A stretch of 64,000 nucleotides of DNA from Liolophura sinensis (GCF_032854445.1 NC_088295.1:28692498-28756497), one strand, 5' to 3'; counted from the first letter of the stretch, positions 13,406 through 26,499 are shown. Program-made: numbers and translations. The notes: generated by a model not told the origin, from the letters alone.

Positions 13406-14699
13406 TTAACCGTCAACCTTTTCCCCCTAGACCTTTGTCAGCATTCTCGTATGGCTGTCACTGGCATGATGCTAGGAAAATTAACGTCATCCTGATTATG
13501 ATCGAAATTAACAGCGTTAACTGTTTCATGTGTATTAATCTTTCTGAAGGCTCAAGAAAAGAGAATAACAGCAAAAGTATTTCATCCCATAATTTTATTT
13601 TATTTTGTTGGTCACATATCTGTGCAGAAATCGCTAACATTCCACCTACAGCTGAAAAAAAGCCACAAATCCGACCATCGCGCGTCAATGAGCACAGCTT
13701 TACCGACATTTCTCTTGATAAGATATGTTTAAAAATTACTTGTGCTCTAACGGGTTTCAAAGGGCCTATCACTATGATGTTGTTGAAAAAACTCCGTGCC
13801 TGAGGTCACATAAAGAAGACAAGCTCCCCTGCTGTTCTTGACAAATTGTTCCTTCTGGCTTGGCCAATTACTACGGCGTCACGATGCATACAGAAGACAG
13901 GTTTGCGCACGGGGCTTTCTTAACACAACAACATGGGACGCCTGGAGAAAAACGGTGGTCGGCCTCCCTCCCATTTACATTTTATTTCATTCAGGCAAAA
14001 AGGCGCTTGAATTTTGTCGGCATTCAATTTGGTGTGTAAAAGAGCGTGAAAAAGGCGACAAACATGGTGGCCCCCCATGGTTTCGAAGTCGGGAATCAGA
14101 GGTTTACGTTCTGCCCCCAAACAATACACGATGAAGTTAAGGAGTATAGGAAGACAGGGTCATAAATGACCTTGTGGGCAAGTCAACCCGACAACTTCGC
14201 CTAAGTATCCACTTACAATCCAGGCGCAGGTGCCCAGTCAAAACTATCTTGGCACAAATCCTTGAGGTATGTAATTTACACAGCGATTATATAGCCCGCT
14301 CGTGGCTATATAATAATTCTCATCATAAAACTTCACAATCGGTGAGACAAGACGCGAGTTAAATGTGCCACATGATTATAATACGGCTTCTGTAGAATTT
14401 TATCATCTCCCCACCCAGCCTATCTGACAGTCTTAGCTACCAAGCATTCTGCTCAGTTCGAGGAGCATAGTTGATTTGCTCGTGTTCGTTTCTTTATTTG
14501 ATTGCAGTTTAACGCTAAACTCAAGAAACTTATTTATAAGATTGTAAGATTCGTTCACTAAACCTGCTGGATTTTATAACCCGGCAGTTATCATTACTGA
14601 TAAACTTTTCCACGATAGATGACTTATTGATGAAAGACAAGTTAATGAACTCAAGTCGGCCGCACGATCGTTAACCGAGTCGCCGTTTTCGCAGGAAAA

Positions 14700-15050
14700 G
14701 TACCTACCGGTAATTGGTATGTCATATATTTATTTATTTATTTGATTGGTGTTTTACGCCGTACTCAAGAATATTTCACTTATAGGCCTACTATGGTGGG
14801 GGGAAACACAAGACAATGCGCAGGTTGCTGTCAGACCTTCCCACGTGCGGTCTGAGGGGATTTGAACTCACAGCGACCACGTTGGTGGGTGTCATATATC
14901 GGGGGAAGGAAGTTATCTGTAATACACTTTATGAAACGGAAACCCCAAGCACCCAGCGACTCGGGCACTGTTGGCCGCTTACTACCACCAAAGCCTTAGA
15001 AGAGCAGAGGGAGAGAGAATCTCCAGGATTCCCTGAACAAGGCTGACCTC
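14700..15050 (-). mobile_element. SINE family A related copy (shared tail and core, divergent body)
   Basis: tttatttatttgattggtgttttacgccgtactcaagaatatttcacttata... in reverse orientation. Confidence 0.45.
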
Positions 15051-15705
15051 GTGCTTCCTAGTAATTGAAAAACAAACTCGGCCACGATCTACATAGCCTT
15101 TTGCTGAATTCCAGTTCGGTACAGTTTTGACATGAAACACCCAAATTACTCAAGAGCCCATCAAGAAGTTTAAGCGGATATGCTTAAGGAGTTAATCAAG
15201 TTTTTGTTTGCCAGGGTATTTTACACTCGTTCGATCACTTCCCAGCTTCTGGCATAAAATACAAATATCAAAAGATCACAAGGTCTTGAACACTGTTCGT
15301 TCCGTAGAGATAAATATATCATATGAACGACATTACCTCGTTACATTCACGCACAACACGTACATGTTCGAATAGACGATTCTGTAGCCACCTTAAAATA
15401 TTACATAAGTTCAGGAAATATAAATAACACTTTCATGGTAAAATAGAATATATTCTTTAATGGCTAGAATAAGATACACAAATGTCCATAAAAATGCAAC
15501 ATTGATTAAAAAGCTTTATGGGTAAAATGCACATGACCTTCAAAATTGTCAAACTGCTTCCGGAAATATAATATAAATTTCATGGCTGAACAGAATGTGC
15601 TCTTTAATGTTTACAACAAGATACATGAAACGTCTGTCCCAGGTAAAATTTCCAGGTACATTTCAAATAAATTTTAGTCAAATCTGATTGGCCGACCAAT
15701 GTAAT

Positions 15706-16067
15706 ACACACGAACATGTACATCACAAGTTTATCATTAATTGGATATCTATAATGGATACATCAAAAACATGTCATAAACTGGATATCTATAATGGTTA
15801 CATCAAAAACATGTCATAAACTGGATGTCTGTAATGGATATATCCAAAACGTGTGATAAACTGGATATCTATAAAGGATACATCAAAAACATTTCATAAA
15901 CTGGATATCTATAATGGATACATCAAAACATGTCAAACAACTGGATATCTATAATGGATACACCAAGAACATGTCATAAACTGGATATCTTTAATGGATA
16001 CATAAAAAACATGTCATAAACAACTGGATATCTATAATGGATACATCAAAAACATGTCGTACACACA
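15706..16067. repeat. 40-bp minisatellite, about 9 copies (CATCAAAAACATGTCATAAACTGGATATCTATAATGGATA)
   Basis: direct reading. Confidence 0.85.
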
Positions 16068-16194
16068 GACATATCACAGATTCAATTGGCTAGCAACCTT
16101 GCTGGCAAAACAAATATATACCAAACTAACATACTTGTACTTACATGTACATGGATATACTTTATTTCTTATTATACCAAACATAACATAGGGG

Positions 16195-16345
16195 CCTCCA
16201 GATGTATGTGGAAAGGTGTACCAGCAACCCAATAGTCGTGTGTTTCCCCTGCACTCTTCCTGGTTTTCTCCCACCATAATGCTGGCCGCCGATGCATAAG
16301 TGAAATATTCTTGAATACAGTGTAAAACACCACACAAATAAATAA
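16195..16345 (-). mobile_element. SINE family A, 3' part
   Basis: core and tail consensus, reverse orientation. Confidence 0.5.
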
Positions 16346-16766
16346 TAAATAAACATAACAGATGGAATTACAAAAATAAACATATATCGGTATGTGTAAA
16401 ACTATTAATATAGTATCAGTCCACCTGTTGCATATATTTGAACAAATTAATTATTGACGAGTTTTAAACAGGAAAGTGAGATATTACATGGTTCCTGCAA
16501 TTAAATATAAAAAGGATTGCTGTTTTACTTATCACAGCCTATGATTGTACAAAAGGTTGTACACATATTTACAAAAGGAACAAGAAAGCACAACAAGTTA
16601 ACATTTGGAAGATGTAACAAAAGTAAAAAGAAACACAGAGCAGGATGTTCAAAAACAGCAAACACACAGGAAATGGCTTTAATACTTGTACTGTTGTTTT
16701 TGATGGGACTTTTTCGGCCACGTGATTGGACATTGCTTGGCATCCTTCAGGAAAAAGTGCCTATGA

Positions 16767-17086
16767 TTACATAATAAATCCCAACATCTGTGCTGCTGCT
16801 TCTTCCCAGTTACTCCCCAGTTCCAACTGAGAATAAAGTAAAACGTGATCTTTATCCACCTTCAACACAAACTTCCCTGCCAGCAAGATGGAATCTGTAA
16901 ACTTTTGACACTTTGGATGTCCTTTCAAGGCAGCTGAGAGTTTCTTCAATATGGCAGCCAAAGACAGCTCCTCCAGGAATTGGGATCTTGTCACTGGAAA
17001 TGTTGTGGAGGTCAACAGATCCAGCAGCACTAGCAGAGCCATCATGGTCGCCAATACACACATGACCTTCTCACCAACCATTTTAC
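16767..17086 (-). CDS. PARP4: PARP4-like terminal exon (GKMVGEKVMCVLATMMALLVLLDLLTSTTFPVTRSQFLEELSLAAILKKLSAALKGHPKCQKFTDSILLAGKFVLKVDKDHVLLYSQLELGSNWEEAAAQMLGFIM*)
   Basis: acceptor ttaattcacag|GT joins leftover G of previous exon in frame; matches human MVP-interaction region GVKGRECLLDLIATMLVLQF...RLELGNDWDSATKQLLG; stop at 16767-16769. Confidence 0.6.
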
Positions 17087-17159
17087 CTGTGAATTAAAAC
17101 AAACCACTGTTACAATTAACAGTGAAAATACTGGATAAGGTATTTTCATATTAATCTCG

Positions 17160-17400
17160 TTTGTTATTTATTTATTTATTTGATTGGTGTATAATGCGGT
17201 TCTCAAGAATATTTTACTGGGAAGAAACAGAGCAGAACCCAGGGGAAACCCACGATCATCCCCAGGTTGCTGGCAGACCTTCCCAAATACGGCCGGAAAG
17301 GAAGCCAGTGAGAGCTGGACTTAAACTCACAGCTACTGTAATGGTGAAAGGCACCTGGGTCATTGCACCATGCTGGCATGCTAACCACCTCTAACCATGA
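17160..17400 (-). mobile_element. SINE family A copy
   Basis: tail, core and tRNA-like head in reverse orientation. Confidence 0.6.
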
Positions 17401-17439
17401 GATCAAATCATCAAAACAATATTTATGGTTCCTTGTAAC

Positions 17440-17570
17440 TAGCATTTTACTGATTTATTTATTTATTTCACTGGTGTTTTACACTGTATTCATGAATATA
17501 TCACTCATGTGATGGCAGGCGGCATTATGGTGGAAGGAAACCGGGTGGAGCAGTATTCAGGTTGGAGCTG
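17440..17570 (-). mobile_element. SINE family A, truncated
   Basis: tail plus core. Confidence 0.45.
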
Positions 17571-19007
17571 GAAAAGCTTAAAGTGAACATAAAGTCAAGC
17601 ACTAAAGCTAAATTAATTCATAACATAGTGTTCCACAAATGTTCAAAAAATATTTACAAAATTCTACACTGGTTATCAACAAAATAAATAGCAAACAATA
17701 GTCAGTACCTAGCCACACATTTGTTGACACCATTTTGCCATGTTATAGTTATCCAGAGTGACAAAACCTAGGAGCTCTCCCGTACCATCCATATGAAACA
17801 ATGTGACAAAGAGAAAACACAAACAAAAACGCCTGATACCCAACCAAAGAGTATCGACTCTGTTCTGTGTTCAAGGGGCCCATGTTTCTTTTGGTTTTGC
17901 ACTCTGTCAGGGCGATGTTTGTGGACACAAGAGTCATGTTTCAGCGATTTTGCTTGTCCTCCTCCTGCATGGGTGTAAGCATTTGGCCTAGCTGATTGTA
18001 CCGACAGGGAATTACTGAACATAGCAGGACCTTCTGACTGATAACAGACCCTTTCATTCAGATTTTGGGAAGATATTTTCGTAATAAATCAGACTTTGCT
18101 AAGGATAAACAATGCAAAGTCATAATATTTTTCTTCAAACAATGACTCTCCCAAGGCAGTTTTCTTGCCAGCTCACCCTGACAAGTTAATGCAGTATGCT
18201 GCCAAACATGGGCATAAATGTGTGGTTCAAAATCCATCAGTTTAACGCTTAGACTAACTCCAAAATCCAATTTATTGCAATGACATCTGCCTATCCACTA
18301 GAAAAACCATACTGACAATCGAGATCTAATAGGTTTTTTGACGCGACCCTCAATTATCACATGACTCTTTCAGCGCTAGTTATTGGCCAAGTTCATAAGG
18401 GTTTCTACAAATGGCTATTCGGTGTGAATTGTACGTCAGTACCATATCCCCAATGTTGAACTCCATCTTCTCGACTTTCACAACTTAACAGAATTTTTTT
18501 ACATATTTTTCTGTAATAACTGTGACCTACATCATTTTTTCTATGTATTTATTGTGACAAACTTTATGTTCACTTTAAAGGCTTTCAGGGATATGGAAAC
18601 AAAGGAGGGCAGCTAACTCCACTCTATTATTAAAGGCAGATGGGTTTTGGTCTTTGCATTAGGGACATATGATGAATGAGGTGGTTGGCTTGCTTTGTCT
18701 GTATAACTGGTATTTCCTGAGATGAAATACATATTAAAGTGAAGCGTCCAAACATGTAAAACTTGTAATTGTAGTTTACATTTATATTTTTATATGGCTT
18801 ATTAATTTTCCATCTAAAAATGTTCAAAGAGTACATTATACTGTACATGCATGTATATACTAATGTGTTCTTACAAATGCTGCTACATGCATATCTACAC
18901 AGGTTAATCTGAAAAACTCATCTAAAAGGAAACATGGAAAACAATACAGAATCACTTTTTACCTCAAAGAACAATACAACTAATATAATGCAGAAACATT
19001 TCCATAC

Positions 19008-19107
19008 CCAGAGACTTCAATCCTGCTTCATTTAACAAGCTGACACACAAATCCTTGTCCACAGCAATCAGATCATTCACTTCTTCACTGAACTCCCAAT
19101 GTCCAGA
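19008..19107 (-). CDS. PARP4: PARP4-like C-terminal exon (SGHWEFSEEVNDLIAVDKDLCVSLLNEAGLKSL)
   Basis: acceptor ctcttctcctctcag, donor TGG|GTATGG; matches human DGFWKLTPELGLILNLNTNGLHSFLKQKGIQSL. Confidence 0.6.
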
Positions 19108-19892
19108 CTGAGAGGAGAAGAGTATTAAAAAAGTGTAGAAATATTCAGAGCTGCAGAAGCAAATGAATCCTATACATATACATCAAATCAGCAAATTTTC
19201 TTTCCATTTTGTGAGCATTTTAAGGTACTTTACACATGACATAAGATATCACACAAAGCATACTCCTCACAGTGATAGTGATTGCACTGATGCATGTTCC
19301 CATGTCCTCGTTTTTTTTTTTTTATTATTAACTTACAAAACAGGTCCCTCTTTCACAAAACTTCGTAAATCAGTTTTCGTAACTTTTTCTGTAAAAGATG
19401 TTGCTTTTAAGTGAAATCATTTACAAGAAAATTTTCGATAAACTGATAATGAAGTTTTGTCACAGGGGACCCAAGATCATAAAGTCCAACGTCAATATAA
19501 TACCACACTAGTTATACACAAATTACATCTGTCACACAAATTACAGGCTGCTACCTGCAACCATTAAGGACTTAATTAACCATTACGTATGATTACTTTA
19601 ATTCATACAGACAGACACGCAGACAGACATACTACACATCTACAGCATACCAAAGACAACAGGCAAGTTTGGTTTTCGTTCAAGAAACCACTGCAAAAGA
19701 TTCTTTTATTGCTGAGTACTGATGGGAAACAAAGAGGCTGACAAACACTTACATGTATGAAACTTTACAGATTAAAAGTTTTAGACACGAATTAGTGTTT
19801 AGCATTATCACGACACAAGTTCCTGACTCAACGAAAATCCTAATAAAATTTCTTTCACATGAACCTGTGCTTGTTATACAGTCTGAGTATGG

Positions 19893-20550
19893 CTCTATCC
19901 TTTTCATATCTGTCTTGTATCCTCTACTGACAGATATCAACAACATGAAGACAGGGGTGAGACAACCACTGACTGGATGAAAGCTGGATCTGTCTTGTAT
20001 CCTCTACTGACAGATATCAACAACATCAAGACAGGGGTGAGACAACCACTGACTGGATGAAAGCTGGATCTGTCTTGTATCCTCTACTGACAGATATCAA
20101 CAACACCAAGACAGGGGTGAGACAACCACTGACTGGATGAAAGCTGGATCTGTCTTGTATCCTCTACTGACAGATATCAACAACACCAAGACAGAAGTGA
20201 GACAACCACTGACTGGATGAAAGCTGGATCTGTCTTGTATCCTCTACTGACAGATATCAACAACACAAGGACAGAAGTGAGACAACCACTGACTGGATGA
20301 AAGCTGGATCTGTCTTGTATCCTCTACTGACAGATATCAACAACATGAAGACAGGGGTGAGACAACCACTGACTGGATGAAAGCTGGATCTGTCTTGTAT
20401 CCTCTACTGACAGATATCAACAACATCAAGACAGGGGTGAGACAACCACTGACTGGATGAAAGCTGGATCTGTCTTGTATCCTCTACTGACAGATATCAA
20501 CAACACCAAGACAGGGGTGAGACAACCACTGACTGGATGAAAGCTGGTTT
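19893..20550. repeat. 90-bp tandem repeat, about 7.3 copies (TCTGTCTTGTATCCTCTACTGACAGATATCAACAACATGAAGACAGGGGTGAGACAACCACTGACTGGATGAAAGCTGGA), in a PARP4-like intron
   Basis: near-identical units differing mainly at the CATGAAG/CATCAAG/CACCAAG position. Confidence 0.85.
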
Positions 20551-20983
20551 CTATTTCCATGCAAAAAACATTTTCATTGGCCAAGTTCCATGGAAAACAC
20601 ATCTATTTCTTGAGCAGTTCAGATTACTCTTGCAGCCAAAGGATGTGCTCAACAGTCATCATGCACAACCCTTAAAACTGTGAAAATACTATCCTCACAA
20701 TTATGATTGGAAGCGACACAGCACAGATTTAATCAGAATCTGAGATCAGGCCATCTAATTTCCAGTTTTCTCCTACTTTCCCTATCTGTCCTGTGTTAAT
20801 TTTGTCAAAATAGGGCATCTCAAAGAGATACCTGCTAGCTAAACCTATGAGACACAGTACCTACTAGTATCTGTCACTTGTTAAATTGACTATACAACTC
20901 TTCCTACACTCAAGACATGACACAAATAATTGAGAAAAAAAACAAAAACAAAAAAAAAAAAACATGACAAAAACAGATTTTAC

Positions 20984-21105
20984 CTTTTTCTGGGCAGCAA
21001 AGAGTTTCTCTAAATTATGTTGAGACAAAGTTGGTGTTCCACATCTCACAATGAATCGTTTCTGACTCAAAATCTTTGTCTGACCACAATTTTCTGGAGG
21101 CCACG
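20984..21105 (-). CDS. PARP4: PARP4-like exon (AWPPENCGQTKILSQKRFIVRCGTPTLSQHNLEKLFAAQKK)
   Basis: acceptor cgtggtag, donor AAG|GTAAAA; phase consistent. Confidence 0.5.
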
Positions 21106-22049
21106 CTACCACGAATAAATAAAAAAAATAAATGTTGGTAATTGCAATATAAAGTGGGCCGTGGCCTGGGTCATTCAATCCCTAGGACACATATGGTGGG
21201 GATTCAAATCTGGCCTTAGAAATTTGTAGAATACCATGCTCTCACTTGTATGATTATTTGTCTAAGATACATTGAGGACCCTTGTCTTTAGTACATGTAC
21301 ATTGCAAATGGGAAAATTCATGAGTAACTTGAAAAGGGTTGGTGGTTTTCACTGGACACTTTGGTAGCCTCCACCTGTTAAGTTAACAATCATCATATAC
21401 TAGTAAATGCAAACTTCTCAGGCAGGGCACCAAACAAGAATAAAATAAATAAATGTAATATGGACCTGAAGAAGTGAAGGTGTAATAAACTTAGATACCC
21501 TGTTTAGGCTGCAAAAGGGTTAAATGTTAAATCACAGTCTGTGTTTAATTTTCAATGCCTTCAAAGGTTTACAATACATGTATGTAAAAGTTTGGCGTTT
21601 GCAATAAACTTTATATGGACTCTAGATTGATACTGTTCTTCTGTAAGGTCAGGACATTTACAAATTAGCAATGTGTAAAGTAGCATGTACAACTGCCTAA
21701 CACAGAGCTAGATACATGTAGCTTTCTGGTGGATAAGAGTTGAAAGTAAAAATATCTCCCCATTCAGGGATCAACAAAGTCATCGCAAAGGCCAAAGATA
21801 ATAATATGGCCACAGGATGTTAAACTTTCATCACAAAATTTAACCAGTACTTTAATAAACAGTACCAGCAAATTAGACAACTGTTCATAAAAAGTTAATC
21901 ATGAACTATCATACAAAGCACCATATCCATTTTGAGTCTCTGTTAAGATGACACAGGGAGTAAGATGTGCTGTTTTTTTCTTCAAAGTTTCCAGAAAAGG
22001 GGTAGTACAGACATACAAACATCTACTTGAATGCTCTTACCTGTATTAC

Positions 22050-22256
22050 CCGACATGTCAATCAGGTCCCCTATATCATCTAGAACTGACAACAGGTGCG
22101 AGGTTTCCTTTATTGACCACTGGTGACAGACAAACTCCCGCAGAGACTGCAGCTGATGGCCTTCCATGTTCAAGTTTTGTTTTGCCTGGAGAAGTCTTTT
22201 GGTCTGTTCCATTCTCTCAGCAAGGGATGTCAGGTCATGTTTTACGCCATGAAAAC
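22050..22256 (-). CDS. PARP4: PARP4-like exon (FHGVKHDLTSLAERMEQTKRLLQAKQNLNMEGHQLQSLREFVCHQWSIKETSHLLSVLDDIGDLIDMS); alternative donor 9 nt downstream at 22041
   Basis: acceptor ttgttacag; donors TCGG|GTAATA or ACAG|GTAAGA both keep phase. Confidence 0.5.
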
Positions 22257-22587
22257 CTGTAACAATCCGATACTACACATTTTTAATATATGTACATAAT
22301 ATAAAGAATTAGTGTAACCATCATTTATTAAAGTACATATATTTGTAACAGAATTACAATCTTGAAATTTGATGATAAAAAACATTAAGAATAAAAATTA
22401 AAGTATAATGCTAGTACCTTCCTTAACCCTTCAAAAAACAAGGAAATATTTAAAGGGGAAATCATGAAAGAAAACAAAACAAAAAGAGCGAAAACACATG
22501 GGATATATGTTGTACTGTTTGTATGCAGATATACTCTTAGGAGCTGTATCTACAACATAGAATGATTTTGACTTTCAAAAACCCTAC

Positions 22588-24673
22588 CTGTAGAGAGTGA
22601 AGCACCTGACAACATGGCCTCAAAGGCATGGAGGTATTCCACCAGTTTGACATAATCCCACTGTTCCTGTATCACATTCTCAAGGCCTCTTCTATTTGTC
22701 TGTTCACTGGTTTCCACCACAGACTCAAATATACCACTTCTTTTAGTGGTCCTTGATTGACAGCTCTTCAGAGTTTTCCCCAATGATCTAGCTCGTAGTG
22801 TGTTGGATTTCCAAGTATTTGCATGATTTTGTCTGTAGCGACCATCAACCTCTTTTGGCAATTTTAACTTTGAGGGATGCAGTATAGGTCTGGTTCGTGA
22901 ACCATGGCTTAGAAATGGGACATGATGTGACAAACTTTTCTGTGGCACACTGTTGGGATGTGCAATATTGCTCCCAAAGCCTTGACCAAAAGTTTGTCCA
23001 GAATGAGTGTTGTTATTGTTATTATGTAGTTTGCCTCTGCCATTAAAAGTAAAATCTGTCAGAGTAGTGAACTGAGCTCTTCCAGCAGCCCTACCTACAT
23101 CAAAATTTTTAGTTGAAACATTTCCAAAACCAAATGATTGTGCAGGAGCACTGCCAAAACCAGATGTTTGTGCAGGAGCACTGCCAAAACCAGATGTTTG
23201 TGCAGGAGCACGGCCAAAACTAAATGGTTGTGCAGGAGCACTACCAGAACCAGGTGTTTGTGCAGAAGCACTTCCAAAACCAGATGTTTGTGCAGGAGCA
23301 CGGCCAAAACTAAATGATTGTGCAGGAACACTGCCAAAACCAGATGTTTGTGCAGTAGCACTGCCAAAACTAAATGGTTGTGCAGGAACACTGCTAAAAC
23401 CAAATGTCTGAGAAGAACTGCCAAAACCAGATGTTTGTACAGGGGCACTGCCAGAACCTGATGTTTGTGCAGGAGCACTACCAGAACCAGATGTTTGTGC
23501 AGGAGCACTACCAGAACCAGATGTTTGCGCAACAGCACTGCCAAAGCCAGATGTTTGCACAGGAGCACAGCCAGAACCAGATGTTTGTGCAGGAGCACTG
23601 CCTAAACTGGTTGTCTCAGTCAAACTGTTGGAAATCTGAGCATGATCATTAGCAAATTTGCCCATCTTTGCAGGACTGCTTGCACTTGAAACAGGGGTCC
23701 TATCAGAACTGGTTGCACTACTGCCAAAAGAAAAAGGCTTGCCAGAAGAAGCATTAGAACTGATATGAATAGTACTAAGACTATCAATACCACCAGATAA
23801 AGCATTAACAGAACTCATAGACTTAGCAGGAGTACTAGAGGATCTGGCAGTTGTACAGGGAGCACTATCAACGCCAGAAGGCTTGGCCAAAGAACTACTG
23901 AAATGCACAGATGGACAGGAAGTCTTTTCAAAATTTAAAGGCTTAGTCCCAGTGGTAGAGCTGGTAATGAAAGTGGGACTGCTCCCACAGCTAGTCGTTG
24001 TAGAGGGAGTAATATCAACACTAGAAGTCTCAGAAGCAGAACTGGTCTGTGCTAACTTGTTTCCAAACAGGCTTTGAGAACTTCGTATGGTGTTAGATTG
24101 TGTTACATTGTTGCCAAACAGGCTATGAGAGGGCTGTATGGTGTTAGGCTGTGTTACTTGGTTGCCAAACAGGCTTTGAGAGGGCTGTAGGGTGTTAGAT
24201 TGTGAGAGGCTTTGAGAGGGTGGTATGGTGTTGTGCTGTGTTGCTATTTTACCAAACAAACTTTGAGAAGGCTGTGCTTGTACATTGAGTTGTGCTGCTT
24301 TGCTGCCAAACAAACTTTGTGAAGGCTGTACATTGTTAAGCTGTGTTAATTTGTTCTCACACAAAGTTTTATGCAAATATCCACTCTTGGAAAAGAAATC
24401 TGAGTTAGTTCCACAGAGCCCTCTGGAAAACTGAGATGTGCTACCCTCAGATAAACTCTGATTTACAGGATATGTTGGTTTGCAAGTCAACACATCTTGG
24501 GAAGGCTTCTTTTGTTGCAAATGCTTGCTTAAATATCTAGCATTTGATGGTGTAAAATTGTGCATTTTCTTCTGCGAATATCTGTGCTGACTATCAGATA
24601 ACTGTGACTGTTCCTCTGAAGATTCACAATGGTTTTGTGAAGAAGTATCTAAGTCAGATGACTGATCTTCTAT
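22588..24673 (-). CDS. PARP4: PARP4-like large low-complexity exon (about 695 codons). It has SQSLFG-type and SGSAPAQTSGFG-type tandem peptide repeats rich in Ser/Thr/Gln. It is an internal exon that ends at an ACAG|GTAGGG donor, not at the ORF stop.
   Basis: acceptor tgtttatttcag|ATAGAAGAT. Open frame of 2086 nt. Leftover-1 phase joins the next exon in frame. The underlying 36-bp DNA repeat is at 23100-23620. Confidence 0.65.
23100..23620 (-). repeat. Coding minisatellite inside the PARP4-like large exon. The unit is ~36 bp (CCAGATGTTTGTGCAGGAGCACTGCCAAAA on the plus strand) and encodes SGSAPAQTSGFG-type repeats, about 14 copies.
   Basis: periodic 36-bp unit; an open frame is maintained on both strands, and the antisense ORF 23095..23598 is an artefact. 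Confidence 0.7.
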
Positions 24674-24976
24674 CTGAAATAAACACAAAGCAAAAGCACA
24701 TTCTTACACTTGCACATTAACATATTTCTGCAAACAAATGTTCTAACAAACTCATAAGTAATCTTAAGAATGAAAAGTTTGATTTAACTGACAATATCCA
24801 TGTAGCATCAATATTATCTGATTGTCTATGCATCAATCAACAAGAGTTGAATCTATTCTTGTAGCATGTCTATAGAAACATTGAATAAGCCTTTACTTCA
24901 ATTTACGATCCATCCCTCTGCATAAAAGTAAAAATCGCTGGAAACCTTAATTACCCAATGAATTAACAGTACCAAC

Positions 24977-25099
24977 CTCATCAGTGGCTGCATCACCACT
25001 CCTGTTTTCCTCCACTGCAACAAAGCTGGTAAGTGGACACAGGACGTTAAACTCTTTACTCAGCTGTACTATTCTCTCTGTCTTGGAAAACTTCAACAT
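24977..25099 (-). CDS. PARP4: PARP4-like exon (MLKFSKTERIVQLSKEFNVLCPLTSFVAVEENRSGDAATDE)
   Basis: 123 nt; acceptor ttgcttgcag, donor GAG|GTTGGT; TSFVAVEEN matches human TSFVAVEKRDENE. Confidence 0.6.
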
Positions 25100-25739
25100 C
25101 TGCAAGCAAAATGTGTGAGTTCATGTAACTATAATCCTTTATCTACTTCTCATCTTCCTAACGCTTTCTGTTCTGTCACAACATATGTTGCACCTTATGG
25201 ATAAGTTTTCAACAAAGAATATCACACTTTAATGTTTGCAGCACTGCCATGGGAACTTTGTACATAACTTACATATATTTCCATCAAATATTCCAGTGAG
25301 TTTCAAACATGTACAAAATCTTGTTTATCATCTGAGTCACCAGAGTACTTCAGCAACAATGTTTTAGCAAACTGGATTATGGAGATATAAAACTCCTTTT
25401 GAAAAATACCCTTAGGACTGCTGGACAATTAGGAGATCAGCTCACCTCATGAAGTGTATGATCTGTGTGCAGTATACCATACTGCCAATCCCTGATCAAG
25501 GCATGCGCAGTCAGGCTGTGGAGAATCTGTGGATATACAAAAAGCAGGAGAAACAGCCATATGAGTCACCTACTGTAAACTTCTCCTATATCAGTGATGT
25601 TGATAAACTTTACCACATATCACATTACTGCATTCTTTAACAATGCAGTCCCACATGACACATCCAGACACTTTACATGCACTGTAGCGAAATGAAGCGA
25701 CATACTTAACAATATATAAGTTTGTGTCACTCATGCCAT

Positions 25740-26035
25740 TTGGCTGTAATAAACACTTCTTTATTTATTTGATTAGTATATCACGCTGTGTTCAAGAATA
25801 TTTCACTTACACGAAAGAGGCCAGCATTATGGCCGGAGGAAACCGAGAAGAGCCTGAGGGAAACTGACGACCATCTGCGGGTTGCTAGAAGACCTTCCCA
25901 CCTACAGCCAGTGAGGAAGCCAACCTGAGCTGGACTTAAACTTACAGCAACTGCATTGGTCAGAGGCTCCTGGGTCATTGTGCCGTTCTGGCGTGGTAAC
26001 CACCTCGGCCACAGGGGCCCGCCATAATAAATAAA
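25740..26035 (-). mobile_element. SINE family A, full copy
   Basis: tail ttatttatttgattagt..., core gccagcattatggccggagg, tRNA-like head at 25950-26030. Confidence 0.7.
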
Positions 26036-26263
26036 TCTGAGTCAATTTTTAATACAAGACAAAATATCAATATATTTATTTATCTACATATGTTTACTAT
26101 ATATGACAAAAATGTACATAAAACCTGAGCTGTGTAGTACATATTGTTTCCTCTGTGACACACATATCAGATTTACAACATTTACATATATCCTATAGGA
26201 CACTGTTTTCTATGTGATATGGATTAGGTGGTGACATTTATACCTAATTAATGTGACACTTAC

Positions 26264-26343
26264 TGTTCCCTCTGTGACACACAGATCAGGTGTTGACACC
26301 ACAGTGGACACCTCTTCTCCATTCATACGGCCATTCAAATATG
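26264..26343 (-). CDS. candidate PARP4-like exon (AYLNGRMNGEEVSTVVSTPDLCVTEGT)
   Basis: acceptor cattttaaag, donor ACA|GTAAGT; weak similarity only; intervening exons not found. Confidence 0.2.
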
Positions 26344-26499
26344 CCTTTAAAATGAGAAAAAAATTGTCTGGTGGCTGTAATTCCACTTGTTTGATTGCTG
26401 TTTTACAATGTTCACAATATGACAACTCTATTTTATTTGTTTTATTGATATGTATGTATGTATGCTTGGGGTTTAATGACCTACTTAATTTTTCAGTCG

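Noticed and set aside
1-16000. Protein-coding genes in the first 16 kb (ORFs 2279..2683, 9088..9369, 13435..13803, 13838..14134 and others)
   Set aside because: I found no recognisable domains and no exon chains with compatible splice phases. The composition is low-complexity or repeat-derived. The region is left as intergenic or repeat sequence at low certainty.
16767-17081. The 104-aa minus-strand ORF starting MVGEKV as an independent small gene
   Set aside because: An acceptor, cacag|GT, directly upstream joins it in frame to the exon at 19008-19107, and the sequence matches the PARP4 C-terminus. It is the terminal exon of the PARP4-like gene.
22550-24688. The 712-aa ORF could be read as a standalone nucleoporin-like FG-repeat protein with a stop at 22550
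   Set aside because: Flanking exons on both sides match PARP4 (TSFVAVEEN upstream; GLKSLG..LELGSNWEE downstream) and join in frame through a GT donor 38 nt before the ORF stop. Its annotated Met is a non-ATG start. It is therefore an internal PARP4-like exon.
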